Assembly: GCA_963843575.1 (NCBI GenBank)
Contig: CAWJKZ010000014.1
Span: forward strand, 128,001 to 192,000
Origin: an uncultured Acidobacteriota bacterium
GTDB taxonomy: Bacteria; Acidobacteriota; UBA6911
Length of the DNA stretch: 64,000 nt
Reading direction: 5' to 3'
The position numbers and the translations under genes are program-made. Below, piece by piece: positions 31,501-39,837 of the stretch. A model generated the notes under the pieces. It made no database searches. It saw nothing but the letters and a program-made list of their open reading frames with translations, and was not told the origin of the DNA. Every line of letters begins with the position of its first letter. Within the stretch, counting starts at the first letter, position 1.

Positions 31501-32380
31501 CGACCTGCGAGCTGGAGGCCTCGTTGGTCGTCCATGTGATGAGGGCTCCGGAACCGGTGACCGACGACGAGGCGATCGCCGTTATCACCGGCGGCGCGGT
31601 GTCTTCCGGGGCTGCGGTGGTGAACGTGAAGTCGGCGGACGTCCCCAGGTTCCCTGCGCCGTCGCGGGACAGGACGCGGTAATGATAGAGGGTGGAAGAA
31701 GCAAGCCCGGCAAGGCTCTGGGAATGGCTCGTGACGAGACCGCCGACCAACGGAGTCGAGTTGCCGTAGGCCGCTGTCGTGCCGAATTCGACCTGGGTGT
31801 TGGATGGCTCGTTTGTCGTCCAGAAGACCGTGGCCCCTGTGCTGGTTATCGCCGAAGCCGAGACCGCGCCGATGACGGGCGGCGTGGTATCGGCCGAGCC
31901 GATGATCGTGACGGTGCCGCCGCTCCCGGATACGCCGGGCACCCTGATGCCGGCCGGATCTGAGGCGTCGACGCTGGCGATGGACACGGACACCGGGGCC
32001 GGTGCCGCCCCTGGAGAGATGCCCAGTGTGACTACCGCGATGATTCCGGACCCGATGGCGCTCTGGTTGAAACCGAACACCACGACGCGCATGCCGCCGG
32101 CGACCGCCGCACCCGACACGCTCTTGCCGGCCGCATTTGCCGCCGCCCCCGGGTTGACCCTCGTGTAGGTGAGTGAGGACGGGAACGTGAGGTCGAACTG
32201 GAGTGAACTGACGGGGGTGGCCCCGGGCGCGAAACTGACGGCCAAGTCCACTGAAGCACCGGGAAGTCCGGAGCCGTTGCCCACCGAAATCGTTTGCGCC
32301 TCAACGGGTGGCGGAATCAGGAAGGCTGCGAGAGTGCACAGGAGAAGGACAACTAGAGTCTGACGCCGTAGGGGGATCAT
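28526..32380 (-). CDS. large exported protein: cohesin-like domain + 7 Fn3-like repeats + about 450 aa C-terminal beta region
   Basis: Signal peptide MIPLRRQTLVVLLL..VEA; cohesin-like PGASVDLAVSF...SSLQFDLTFP...MRVVVFGFN...ASDPAG; seven Fn3/purple-acid-phosphatase-N-like repeats; paralog of 25401-28377. Confidence 0.88.
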   Translation of the reverse strand: MIPLRRQTLVVLLLCTLAAFLIPPPVEAQTISVGNGSGLPGASVDLAVSFAPGATPVSSLQFDLTFPSSLTYTRVNPGAAANAAGKSVSGAAVAGGMRVVVFGFNQSAIGSGIIAVVTLGISPGAAPAPVSVSIASVDASDPAGIRVPGVSGSGGTVTIIGSADTTPPVIGAVSASAITSTGATVFWTTNEPSNTQVEFGTTAAYGNSTPLVGGLVTSHSQSLAGLASSTLYHYRVLSRDGAGNLGTSADFTFTTAAPEDTAPPVITAIASSSVTGSGALITWTTNEASSSQVEYGLTSGYGSTSGLNTTMVTSHSLSLAGLAPATRYHYRVKSRDDAGNTAVSGDYTFTTSDTAAPTISGVTSSNITQSSATVSWTTNEPSNTQVEFGTTAAYGNSTPLVAALATSHSQSLTGLSPSALYHYRVLSRDGAGNLGTSADFTFTTAAPEDTAPPVITAIASSSVTGTGALITWTTNEASSSQVEYGLTSGYGSTSGLNTTMVTSHSQSLAGLAPATRYHYRVKSRDDAGNTAVSGDYTFTTSDTAAPTISGVTSSNITQSGALISWTTSEPSDSTVEYGTAMDYGSTAGSSLQGTSHSVALSGLKSTTQYHYRVKSRDTSGNQAVSGDQTFTTAGSDDTTAPVINNVSATAVTKTTALILWSTDESSDSQVDFGGTDSYGNATPLNTAAATSHAQLLSALTAARKYHYRVRSRDAAGNLAISGDYTFTTSSEPDTTPPVISAVTVSGVGYSRATVTWSTNEAADGQVEYGTVESYGLVTALRPTLLEAHTEVLRGLIPKTTYHFRVKSKDAEGNIAMSADLTFTTTEKPTGDAAATLFYPLMPGSGGVSQSGEVEEQYVGVAIANLDTAPATLTFTAYGPSGVEISGPSISNPVTRVLNPTEQLPVVDTQLFGDAIQSHGTIGWIKVESTVAKVAGFFLIFDSRMSVLDGANISSHPMTSFVLPEIEDRGFTRVDIANPSADPAELKFQLVRADGTTAASMTRTVPGSGAVVADLWTDLFPDSTPASSDYVRVSAPTGMLAFELLGKASRYVQGLNGQDSTAGSAILYSPQYAVGGPWRSALSVVNLDSTAGTVTFRFIHDDSTQIGATKVLPIEPHGKIRIDDPAFFQSLFVNPSNVVTQGYVEIISSGIRLTGSVVFGDPECGVFSAALPLVDQLQRSVLFSQVAVSQTYFTGIAILNPNTNNATATLDLYGTDGRIEASTVITIPGKQRTSMVLTEFFPGLAGQTRTSGYVKVTADKDIAAFALFGSNDLSVLSAIPPQIVP
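30704..31827 (-). repeat. near-identical intragenic tandem duplication, 567-bp period (2 Fn3 units)
   Basis: AACTGGTCACGCCCGA occurs at 30721 and 31288; AGGCCGCTGT occurs at 31201 and 31768. Both offsets are 567 bp. Confidence 0.9.
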
Positions 32381-32400
32381 GACAGCGGCTCCACAGGGTA

Positions 32401-32895
32401 TTATTCCGGACAGGTTCTTGTGCCGAGCACGACGTTGCCTAGGACTTGGAGATCCAGGACGTCGGTGCGGGTATCTTTGTTGATATCGCACGACCCCGGA
32501 CAGGTTCGGGTCCCCAGGATGACGTTGATCAGGATCTGGAGATCGAGCACGTTCGAGATGGTGTCGCTGTTGATGTCGCATCCCGTCGAACCGGTGACGG
32601 TGGCGGTGACTTCATTGGAATAGCCGCTTTCCTGCCCCCCTCCGTTCCAAGCCGTAACGCTGAAATAGTAGGTGCCGGGGGCGAGGCCGGTAACCGTGTA
32701 AGTCGTCGTTGTTCCGATCGTTATCGGTGTTCCGTAGGTGCGTGAAGCGGTTCCGAAGTACACCTTGTAGCCGGCGAGATCGGGCTCTGCGTTGGCATCC
32801 CAGGCGAGGGTGACATCGGCCGCGAGCAGGGGCGGCGCGGTGACGGAGACTATCAAGAGTGACAGCGCCAGTGCGGTCGTCTTTTTAAGTTGCAT
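32401..32895 (-). CDS. small exported Fn3 + dockerin-like protein
   Basis: Signal peptide; Fn3 (VTLAWDAN..DLAGYKVYFG...YYFSVTAWN..ESGYSNEV); duplicated Ca-loop motif CDINSDTISNVLDLQILIN.ILG / CDINKDTRTDVLDLQVLGN.VLG. Confidence 0.88.
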   Translation of the reverse strand: MQLKKTTALALSLLIVSVTAPPLLAADVTLAWDANAEPDLAGYKVYFGTASRTYGTPITIGTTTTYTVTGLAPGTYYFSVTAWNGGGQESGYSNEVTATVTGSTGCDINSDTISNVLDLQILINVILGTRTCPGSCDINKDTRTDVLDLQVLGNVVLGTRTCPE

Positions 32896-33015
32896 GAGCT
32901 TGCCATACCTCGTTCTTGGGGACTGAATGGGTAGGTTTGGGCGTGCAGGTTCGTCTTCTCATAGGCAAAGTCGGATCGATTCTGAGGGCGTATCGGCAGA
33001 GGGGCAGGCGGGAAT

Positions 33016-33031
33016 TGTGGTGTCAATCACA
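33016..33031. promoter_or_regulatory. palindromic TGTGG-N6-TCACA site (CRP/FNR-like or enhancer-like TGT-N10-ACA)
   Basis: TGTGGTGTCAATCACA about 120 bp upstream of the dockerin gene start; 9/10 match to the CRP consensus half-sites. Confidence 0.4.
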
Positions 33032-33141
33032 CGGCGGCGGTGAGGTGAAAGTGGAGGTGGTGGCCAGAACAGGCGGGTTTTTCGGATTATGCGTTCCGGT
33101 TCCCACGGGCGGTCGGGAAACGCCTTCGGCCGTGCCCCGGG

Positions 33142-34494
33142 CTAGAGCTGGTAGCGGGACATCAGTTCGTAGAGGGTGGGACGGCTGATTCCCAGCGATC
33201 GGGCAGCCCTGGAGATGTTGCCGTTGTTGTCGCGCAGCGCCCTGGAGATCACGCCGCGCTCCACTTCCTGGCGGGCCTCCCTCAGCGACGCCGTCGACCC
33301 CGCAGGGGCGGGGGGGGCCTGCTCGAGCTCCAGGTCGGCCGGGACGATCAGCTGACCCTCTGCGAGCACGAGGGCGCGTTTGACTCGGTTCTGCAGCTCG
33401 CGTACGTTCCCCGGCCACGCGTGGCCGAGGAGCGCAGCGTGCGCGGCCCTCGAGAGCCTTTTGGGCGGCCTTTTCATCTCTCTGGAGAAGGCGGCGATCA
33501 TGTGATCCGCGAGGTGGATGATATCGTCGCCGCGCTCCCTAAGCGGTGGAAGGACGATTTTGACCACCGCGATCCGGAAATACAGATCTTCCCGGAAGGA
33601 ACCCTCTCGGACGGCGGCTTCGAGATCGCGGTGGGTCGCGGCGATGATGCGGCTGTCGACGCAGATAGGGGTGCGGCCGCCGAGACGTTCGATCACTTTT
33701 TCCTGGAGGAATCGGAGGATCTTGACCTGCATCTCGGGGGCGAGGTCGCCGATTTCGTCCAGGAAGAGCGTGCCGTGGTGTGCGTATTCCACCTTGCCGC
33801 GCCGCTGGCTGGCGGCACCGGTGAAGGAGCCCTTCTCGAAACCGAAGAGCTCGCTCTCCAGCAGGTTTTCCGGGATCGCGGAGCAGTTGATGGCCACGAA
33901 GGGGCCGTCCTTGCGCGGACCGAGCCTGTGGATCGCCTGCGCGATCAGCTCTTTACCGGTCCCGCTCTCTCCCCGGATCAGAACGGGCACGTCGGCTGCG
34001 GCCACCTTGCGGACCGACGCGAAAACGGACTTCATCACTTCGCTCGAGCCAACCATCTCGTCCAACGGCAGCGACGCGGAGAGCGCCCTATCGTCGAGGC
34101 CCTGCTGCTCGAGTTCGACCCGCTTGAGCACGCGGCGCAGCACGACCCTCAGTTCGTCCACGTCCACGGGTTTGGGGAAGATGTCGTGCGCTCCTCGAGC
34201 GACGGCCTGAAGGGCGTTCTGGCGCTCGGAGTTGCCCGACACGACGACGACCTTGACCAGCGGATTGTGAGCGATCAGCTCCTCCAGGGCGAGGAGACCC
34301 TCGGTCGCTTCGCGGGGACGGGGCGGAAGCCCGAGGTCCAGCAGTGCTATCGAGATCTCCTCTCTCTTGAACAGGTCGAGCGCCGAGGTCCGGTCCATCG
34401 CCGGGCGGACCTGGTATTCGTCGGAGAAGGCCCACTGGATCTGCTTGAGGATCTGCTCGTCGTCGTCGACGACAAGCAGTCGGGGTAACGACAT
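33142..34494 (-). CDS. prsR: sigma54-dependent response regulator, PEP-CTERM-system PrsR-like
   Basis: REC domain (LLDLGLPP...EG), AAA+ GESGTGKE, GSFTGA, LFLDEIG, WPGNVRELQN, Fis HTH; directly downstream of a PrsK-like kinase. Confidence 0.8.
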   Translation of the reverse strand: MSLPRLLVVDDDEQILKQIQWAFSDEYQVRPAMDRTSALDLFKREEISIALLDLGLPPRPREATEGLLALEELIAHNPLVKVVVVSGNSERQNALQAVARGAHDIFPKPVDVDELRVVLRRVLKRVELEQQGLDDRALSASLPLDEMVGSSEVMKSVFASVRKVAAADVPVLIRGESGTGKELIAQAIHRLGPRKDGPFVAINCSAIPENLLESELFGFEKGSFTGAASQRRGKVEYAHHGTLFLDEIGDLAPEMQVKILRFLQEKVIERLGGRTPICVDSRIIAATHRDLEAAVREGSFREDLYFRIAVVKIVLPPLRERGDDIIHLADHMIAAFSREMKRPPKRLSRAAHAALLGHAWPGNVRELQNRVKRALVLAEGQLIVPADLELEQAPPAPAGSTASLREARQEVERGVISRALRDNNGNISRAARSLGISRPTLYELMSRYQL

Positions 34495-34632
34495 CGGGAT
34501 GCCTCCGGGCAGGCCGTCACGGTTGCGAACCGCCAGCGCAGGGGTGGAACCCGGGCGCCCCCGGGTCTGGTACCGGCCCGACCTTACTTTTCGGCGTCGG
34601 CGGCGAATTCGTTGCCGGAATTCGACGGCGGA

Positions 34633-36735
34633 TCAGGGTGCGGACCGGCCGACCGAGGCAGTGGAAACGGATTCGGAGGCGCAGGGCAGGACGACGCGCA
34701 CCGACGTTCCGACTCCGCTCTTGCTTTCGACGCTGATGGTGCCGCCGTGCGCCTCGACGATCTTCCTGCACTGGAACAGCCCGATGCCGAGGCCGTCGCT
34801 CTTGGTTGTGTGGAAGGGGTGGAACAACATGTTTTCCAGGAACTCGGCACTGATGCCGCTCCCGTTGTCCTCGACGACCATTTCGGCCTTCCCGTCGGCC
34901 GCCGCCGTTACCACGCGTATCTCGCCGGTCGACGGGGTGGCCTCGCGCGCGTTGAGCAGGAGGTTCTGCAGCACCCTTGCCATCTCCTCTGCATCGACGA
35001 ACACCGGGAGCGGGGCGGCGAGTTCGAGCCGGACTGCCTGGTCGCAGCCGTTCAACGTGGTAGCAACCCCGGTGCGCACGATCTCGTTTAGGTCCTCTGC
35101 CTTGCGGTGGGCCGCCAGGTTGCCCGAGAAGGTTTTCAGGCTGTTGCAGAGACGCTTCATCTTCTCGGCCGTCTCGTGGACGGAGGCAAAGGCGTCCTTT
35201 TGAAAATCGGGATTATCTTGGTGCCGCACCGCGTTCTTGGCGATCATGGACAGGGTGGAAGCGAAGTTTTTCAGATCGTGCAGGAGAAATGTCGAGAAGC
35301 TGCGGAACGCTTCGGTTTCCTTGGCCTCCATGAGTGTGGCCAGGAGTTCGGACTTGTGCAGCTCGCCCGCGGCGTGGCCTCCGAGCACCCGCAGGAAATC
35401 CCGGGTCTCCTGTTGATAGTGCTGCCCGCTGCGGTCGGGCCCCACCGTGAGGACGCCCACGACGCGATCGCTGGAGACGAGCGGCACGAGCAGCGCGGCG
35501 TGTGTCTGCCGTATGAAGGTGCGCAGTCCATCCGCTGCGGGTTCGAGCTCCTTGGCGGCCGTCACCTCGGTGCACTCGAGCAGTGACTCCACGATGCCGT
35601 GCACAACCCTTTCCGGGGTCTCAGGTTCGGTGCCGAGAAAGGCGGCGAGAGTGAGACGGTTGGGATTGCGTTCGCGGATCCACACGCCGACGTCGATGGT
35701 TCCCAGGGCGCTTTGCGTCACCTCTGCGAGCGCGCGCGCCGTGACTTCGGGCGGATCCACGGAGCGCACCTTCTCGGCCGCTTCCATCCAGTATTGCCTG
35801 TAATCGTAGTGGCCCGCAAAAATGTTGCGCCGCAGCCAGACTCGAAGGCGATGGCGGAACGCAGGCCACAGCAGTATGCCGCCCATGGCCAGCGCCGACA
35901 GAAGGAACACGACGGCTTCGACCTGGACAGGGCTCCCGCCGAGCTGGCTCGCCCAGCGGGCCAGGACGCCCGACACGATGAGATAGACCGCGACGCCGAG
36001 AAGCGTGAACGAGCTGTAGACGAGGCTGTGCGACACCCTGACCGCCTCCCGGCTGGAGGAGGTTCGCCGCCACGAGATCAGGATCAGGGCCGCCGCCAGA
36101 AGCGAAATCAACGGGTAAACGTGCAAGGCGCCGACCGGCAGGAGCGCGAGCGCGAACGAGTAGAGGAGCACCTTCGAGGCGATATAAAGCATGCTGGCGA
36201 ACGAAACCGCCAGGCCGAGCAGGAGGAACTTGATCTCGCGGAGCGCGCGCTCCCCGGATGTCCTGAGCGTCTGCTCGATCCTGGCAAGCCCCGCCACCGA
36301 GAGGGTCAGCAGGTAGAGGGACGCGCAATACCCGCCCGGACCCAGCGCAACGAACTGGACGCTGAGTTCGGCGGCACGCTCGAGGGCCGGCGGGCGCATC
36401 AGGATCCAGGCCGCCAGCACTGGGGCGGGAGCGACAAAAACGGCTGCGCAGGCCGCTCTTTTCCAAGCGTGCCGCGGCAGGCGCGGCCGATCCAGCCGCC
36501 AGAGAAAGGCCACCGCCGCCGGGATCGCCGGCAGAAGGGCGACAAAGGCCAGCCGCGCGGCCCACTCGGCCGGCAGCCGGTCGCTCGCGATCGGGTGGAG
36601 CACAAACCCCAGTGCCGGCAAGCCGAGGAACAGGGAGAGCAGCCCGGAGGCCCGCCCGAAACGCGGCGCTGCGGCGACCAGGATGCCGACCACCACGCCG
36701 AACAGTCCGGGGAGCAGATAGAGGATTTCGTTCAT
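34633..36735 (-). CDS. prsK: membrane sensor histidine kinase, PEP-CTERM-system PrsK-like
   Basis: Multi-TM N-terminus, YDYRQYW, GAF domain, H-box STFLLHDLKN, N-box, TTKSDGLGIGLFQC; about 700 aa. Confidence 0.82.
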   Translation of the reverse strand: MNEILYLLPGLFGVVVGILVAAAPRFGRASGLLSLFLGLPALGFVLHPIASDRLPAEWAARLAFVALLPAIPAAVAFLWRLDRPRLPRHAWKRAACAAVFVAPAPVLAAWILMRPPALERAAELSVQFVALGPGGYCASLYLLTLSVAGLARIEQTLRTSGERALREIKFLLLGLAVSFASMLYIASKVLLYSFALALLPVGALHVYPLISLLAAALILISWRRTSSSREAVRVSHSLVYSSFTLLGVAVYLIVSGVLARWASQLGGSPVQVEAVVFLLSALAMGGILLWPAFRHRLRVWLRRNIFAGHYDYRQYWMEAAEKVRSVDPPEVTARALAEVTQSALGTIDVGVWIRERNPNRLTLAAFLGTEPETPERVVHGIVESLLECTEVTAAKELEPAADGLRTFIRQTHAALLVPLVSSDRVVGVLTVGPDRSGQHYQQETRDFLRVLGGHAAGELHKSELLATLMEAKETEAFRSFSTFLLHDLKNFASTLSMIAKNAVRHQDNPDFQKDAFASVHETAEKMKRLCNSLKTFSGNLAAHRKAEDLNEIVRTGVATTLNGCDQAVRLELAAPLPVFVDAEEMARVLQNLLLNAREATPSTGEIRVVTAAADGKAEMVVEDNGSGISAEFLENMLFHPFHTTKSDGLGIGLFQCRKIVEAHGGTISVESKSGVGTSVRVVLPCASESVSTASVGRSAP

Positions 36736-36931
36736 ATTTCAGTGTGGAATGTGGCGACGACGTCCGCTAGTCTAGCACGGACAAGCCGAGTTGCGGACGG
36801 GAGCATGCCGGGCATTGTGCCGGCAGCGCTGCACCCCTCTGCCGGCAACGGCCGGATTGGGTGAGGCGCCGGCGCCCATCCCGGCGGCCGGCTGACCCCG
36901 GACGCCAGGTCCGCCGCTGGAGAGACGTCTG

Positions 36932-37906
36932 ATGCCGCAGAACTTTGCACTGATAGGGACCGCGGGATACATCGCGCCGCGTCACATGGGAGCGATTCGA
37001 GCTACCGGCAACCGCCTGGTGGCCGCGGCCGATCCTCACGACTCCGTCGGGATACTGGACCAGTATGACTTCGGCGTCCGTTTTTTTACCGAGATCGAGC
37101 GGTTTGACCGGCACCTCGAAAAACTGCGCCGCGGCCACGAAGAAGGGCGCGTCCATTACGTGTCGATCTGTTCCCCGAACTACCTCCACGACGCGCACTG
37201 CCGGCTGGCCCTGCGGGTGGGCGCCCACGCCATCTGTGAGAAACCGCTCGTCATTAATCCGTGGAACCTCGACCCGCTGCGGGAACTCGAGTCCGAAACG
37301 GGGAAACGCATCCACACGGTCCTGCAGCTGCGCAACCACCCGAGGGTGTTGCGGCTGAGAGACGATCTGGCACGCTCGGCCGCGCAACCCCCTCACGAGG
37401 TGGTCCTGACCTACATCACCGCGCGCGGCAGCTGGTATCACACCTCGTGGAAGGGTTCCGAGGAAAAATCCGGCGGCGTGGCGATGAACATCGGCGTCCA
37501 TTTTTTCGACATGCTGCTTTGGCTGTTTGGAGCGGTGGGGGAAACACGCGTCTATTACGCCGACAAACGACGCCTGTGCGGTTTTCTCGAGCTCGAGCGC
37601 GCCCGCGTGCGCTGGTTCCTCTCCGTCGATCCCTCCGACCTGCCGTATGACGCGCAACCCGGCAAGCGCAGTACCTTCCGCTCGATCACGGTCGATGGAC
37701 AGGATATCGATTTCACCGAAGGATTCACGGACCTGCACACGAAGGTATACGAGGAAATCCTGGCCGGCAGGGGGTATGGCGTCGAGGACGCGCGCCCCTC
37801 CATAGACTTGGTGCACCAGATCCGCCATGCTCCGGTCGCCCGGCAGGACGGCATGCTCCACCCACTCTTCGCCGGGCGTTCGGCCCGGTACGCACAGGGG
37901 GCGTAG
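36932..37906 (+). CDS. wbpB: Gfo/Idh/MocA oxidoreductase, WbpB/WlbA-like UDP-GlcNAcA 3-dehydrogenase
   Basis: NFALIGTAGYIAPRH, DSVGILD, SPNYLHDAH, CEKPLV, SGGVAMNIGVHFFD. Confidence 0.85.
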   Translation: MPQNFALIGTAGYIAPRHMGAIRATGNRLVAAADPHDSVGILDQYDFGVRFFTEIERFDRHLEKLRRGHEEGRVHYVSICSPNYLHDAHCRLALRVGAHAICEKPLVINPWNLDPLRELESETGKRIHTVLQLRNHPRVLRLRDDLARSAAQPPHEVVLTYITARGSWYHTSWKGSEEKSGGVAMNIGVHFFDMLLWLFGAVGETRVYYADKRRLCGFLELERARVRWFLSVDPSDLPYDAQPGKRSTFRSITVDGQDIDFTEGFTDLHTKVYEEILAGRGYGVEDARPSIDLVHQIRHAPVARQDGMLHPLFAGRSARYAQGA

Positions 37907-38530
37907 ATGGCCGATTCGAACGTGTTCATCCATCCGACGGCCTGCGTCGACCAGCCCTGCGTCATAGGGGACGGAACAAAGGTCTGGCACTTCTGTCACG
38001 TCATGGCGGGCGCGGTGATCGGGGAACGCTGCATCCTGGGCCAGAACGTTTTCGTCGCCAACGGCGTGACGATCGGCAACAACGTCAAAATCCAGAACAA
38101 CGTGTCTCTCTACACCGGCGTCGACCTGGAGGACGATGTGTTCTGCGGCCCCTCCTGCGTTTTCACAAACGTCATCAACCCGCGTTCCCAAATCGTGCGA
38201 CACGAGCAGTACTTGCACACGCTTGTGCGCCGCGGCGCGACCATAGGCGCCAACGCCACGATCGTCTGCGGCGCTACCGTGGGTCGCTATGCATTCGTGG
38301 CTGCCGGCGCACTGGTCCGCCACAGCGTGCCGGACTACGCCCTGGTGGCCGGAGTGCCAGCCGTCCGCAAGGGCTGGATGAGCCGCCACGGTCACCGCCT
38401 GTCGCGGCTCGATGCCGACGGAAACCTCGTCTGTGCGGAAAGTGGCTGGCGCTACCGCTCGATCGACGCCGATACGCTGCGCTGCCTTGATTGGCCCGAA
38501 GATCAACCGCTGGCCGCCGCGAACCGCTAG
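37907..38530 (+). CDS. wbpD: hexapeptide-repeat N-acetyltransferase, WbpD/WlbB-like
   Basis: KVWHFCHV, LGQNV, KIQNNVS, FCGPSCVFTNVINPRS. Confidence 0.85.
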   Translation: MADSNVFIHPTACVDQPCVIGDGTKVWHFCHVMAGAVIGERCILGQNVFVANGVTIGNNVKIQNNVSLYTGVDLEDDVFCGPSCVFTNVINPRSQIVRHEQYLHTLVRRGATIGANATIVCGATVGRYAFVAAGALVRHSVPDYALVAGVPAVRKGWMSRHGHRLSRLDADGNLVCAESGWRYRSIDADTLRCLDWPEDQPLAAANR

Positions 38531-38593
38531 CGGCAGAAGAACCGCCGGCGCCTTAAGGGCGGTGCCGGACCGCTCTCGCAGGGTATAGCAACC

Positions 38594-39808
38594 ATGACAA
38601 CAAGCTCCATGCCGTTCACGGATCTGCAGGCCCAGTATCGATTAATCCAGGGCGATGTCGAACGGAGAATCCAGGCCGTACTGAACCACGGACAATACAT
38701 CCTGGGGCCCGAGGTGGCGGAACTGGAACGCCTGCTGGCCGAATACGTCGGGTCGAAACATGCCATCGCCTGCTCGTCGGGCACCGACGCCCTCCTGGTG
38801 GCGCTGATGGCCCTCGGGGTGCGTCCGGGCGATGTCGTCCTGACGACTCCGTTCACGTTTTTCGCCACCGCCGAAGTGATCGCCCTCCTGAACGCGGTGC
38901 CGGTTTTCGTAGACGTGCTGCCGAACACGTTCAACATCGACCCGAGCGCGCTGGCGCGCTCCCTCGAGGCAGTCCGGACCAAAAACCCGCGTCTCCACGC
39001 GCTGCCCCGGAGCGTCGACCTGGGCGCACGAAGGGTGCGCGGCGTCATCGCCGTGGACTTGTTCGGGCTTGTCGCCGACTACGAGGCGCTCTCGCCCTTG
39101 TGCCGGGACGCGGGCATCTTCCTCGTCGAAGACGCGGCGCAGTCGTTCGGCGCCCAGACCGCCGGTGGCAGGGCTTGTAGGTTCGGCGATGTCGCAGCGA
39201 CGAGCTTCTTCCCGGCCAAGCCGCTCGGTTGCTACGGTGACGGCGGAATGGTGTTCACCGAACGCGAAGACGTCGCCGGACTCCTCCGGTCGCTGGTCGT
39301 GCACGGAAAGGGCACCGACAAGTACGACAACCTCAGGATCGGGCTGAACGGCAGGCTGGACACGCTGCAGGCGGCGATCCTCCTCGCAAAGTTTTCGGTC
39401 TTCCCCCAGGAGTGCGACCGCCGCCGCGCGATCGCGGCCGAATACGGCCGCCTGATCGAGGGATGCTGCGGCCACGAGGTGCTCGTGCCTCGAGAGCCGG
39501 ACGGATCCCGATCCATCTGGGCACAGTACACGGTCCGGTTGCGGAATCGTTCCAATGGGGAGGTGCAAAAGCACCTGCAGCGGAAGGGAATCCCGACCGC
39601 AATCTACTACCCGCGCCCGCTCCATCTGCAAAGCGCCTTTCGGTATCTCGGGTACAGGGAGGGGGACTTTCCGGTTTCCGAGGAATTGAGCCGCGAAGTG
39701 CTCAGCCTCCCCTTCAGCCCGTATCTCCAACCCGCGCAGCTGGAACAGGTCGTTGGAGCGCTGGGAGACGCCCTGGCGGCCTCTCCGCCGCAGACCGCTC
39801 CGGCCTAA
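38594..39808 (+). CDS. wbpE: DegT/DnrJ/EryC1 aminotransferase, WbpE/WlbC-like
   Basis: YILGPEV, SGTDAL, EDAAQS, SFFPAKPLGCYGDGG, NGRLDTLQAA. Confidence 0.85.
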   Translation: MTTSSMPFTDLQAQYRLIQGDVERRIQAVLNHGQYILGPEVAELERLLAEYVGSKHAIACSSGTDALLVALMALGVRPGDVVLTTPFTFFATAEVIALLNAVPVFVDVLPNTFNIDPSALARSLEAVRTKNPRLHALPRSVDLGARRVRGVIAVDLFGLVADYEALSPLCRDAGIFLVEDAAQSFGAQTAGGRACRFGDVAATSFFPAKPLGCYGDGGMVFTEREDVAGLLRSLVVHGKGTDKYDNLRIGLNGRLDTLQAAILLAKFSVFPQECDRRRAIAAEYGRLIEGCCGHEVLVPREPDGSRSIWAQYTVRLRNRSNGEVQKHLQRKGIPTAIYYPRPLHLQSAFRYLGYREGDFPVSEELSREVLSLPFSPYLQPAQLEQVVGALGDALAASPPQTAPA

Positions 39809-39837
39809 CCACCCTCAACGGGGAGGTCCGCAGCGAA

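Noticed and set aside
26760-31900. Repeated DNA as a CRISPR array or a diversity-generating retroelement template
   Set aside because: The repeats are in-frame protein domains of about 280-290 bp; there are no spacers, cas genes or reverse transcriptase.
33800-33850. GSFTGA instead of GAFTGA in the PrsR-like protein
   Set aside because: A common variant among enhancer-binding proteins; not evidence of sigma54 independence.
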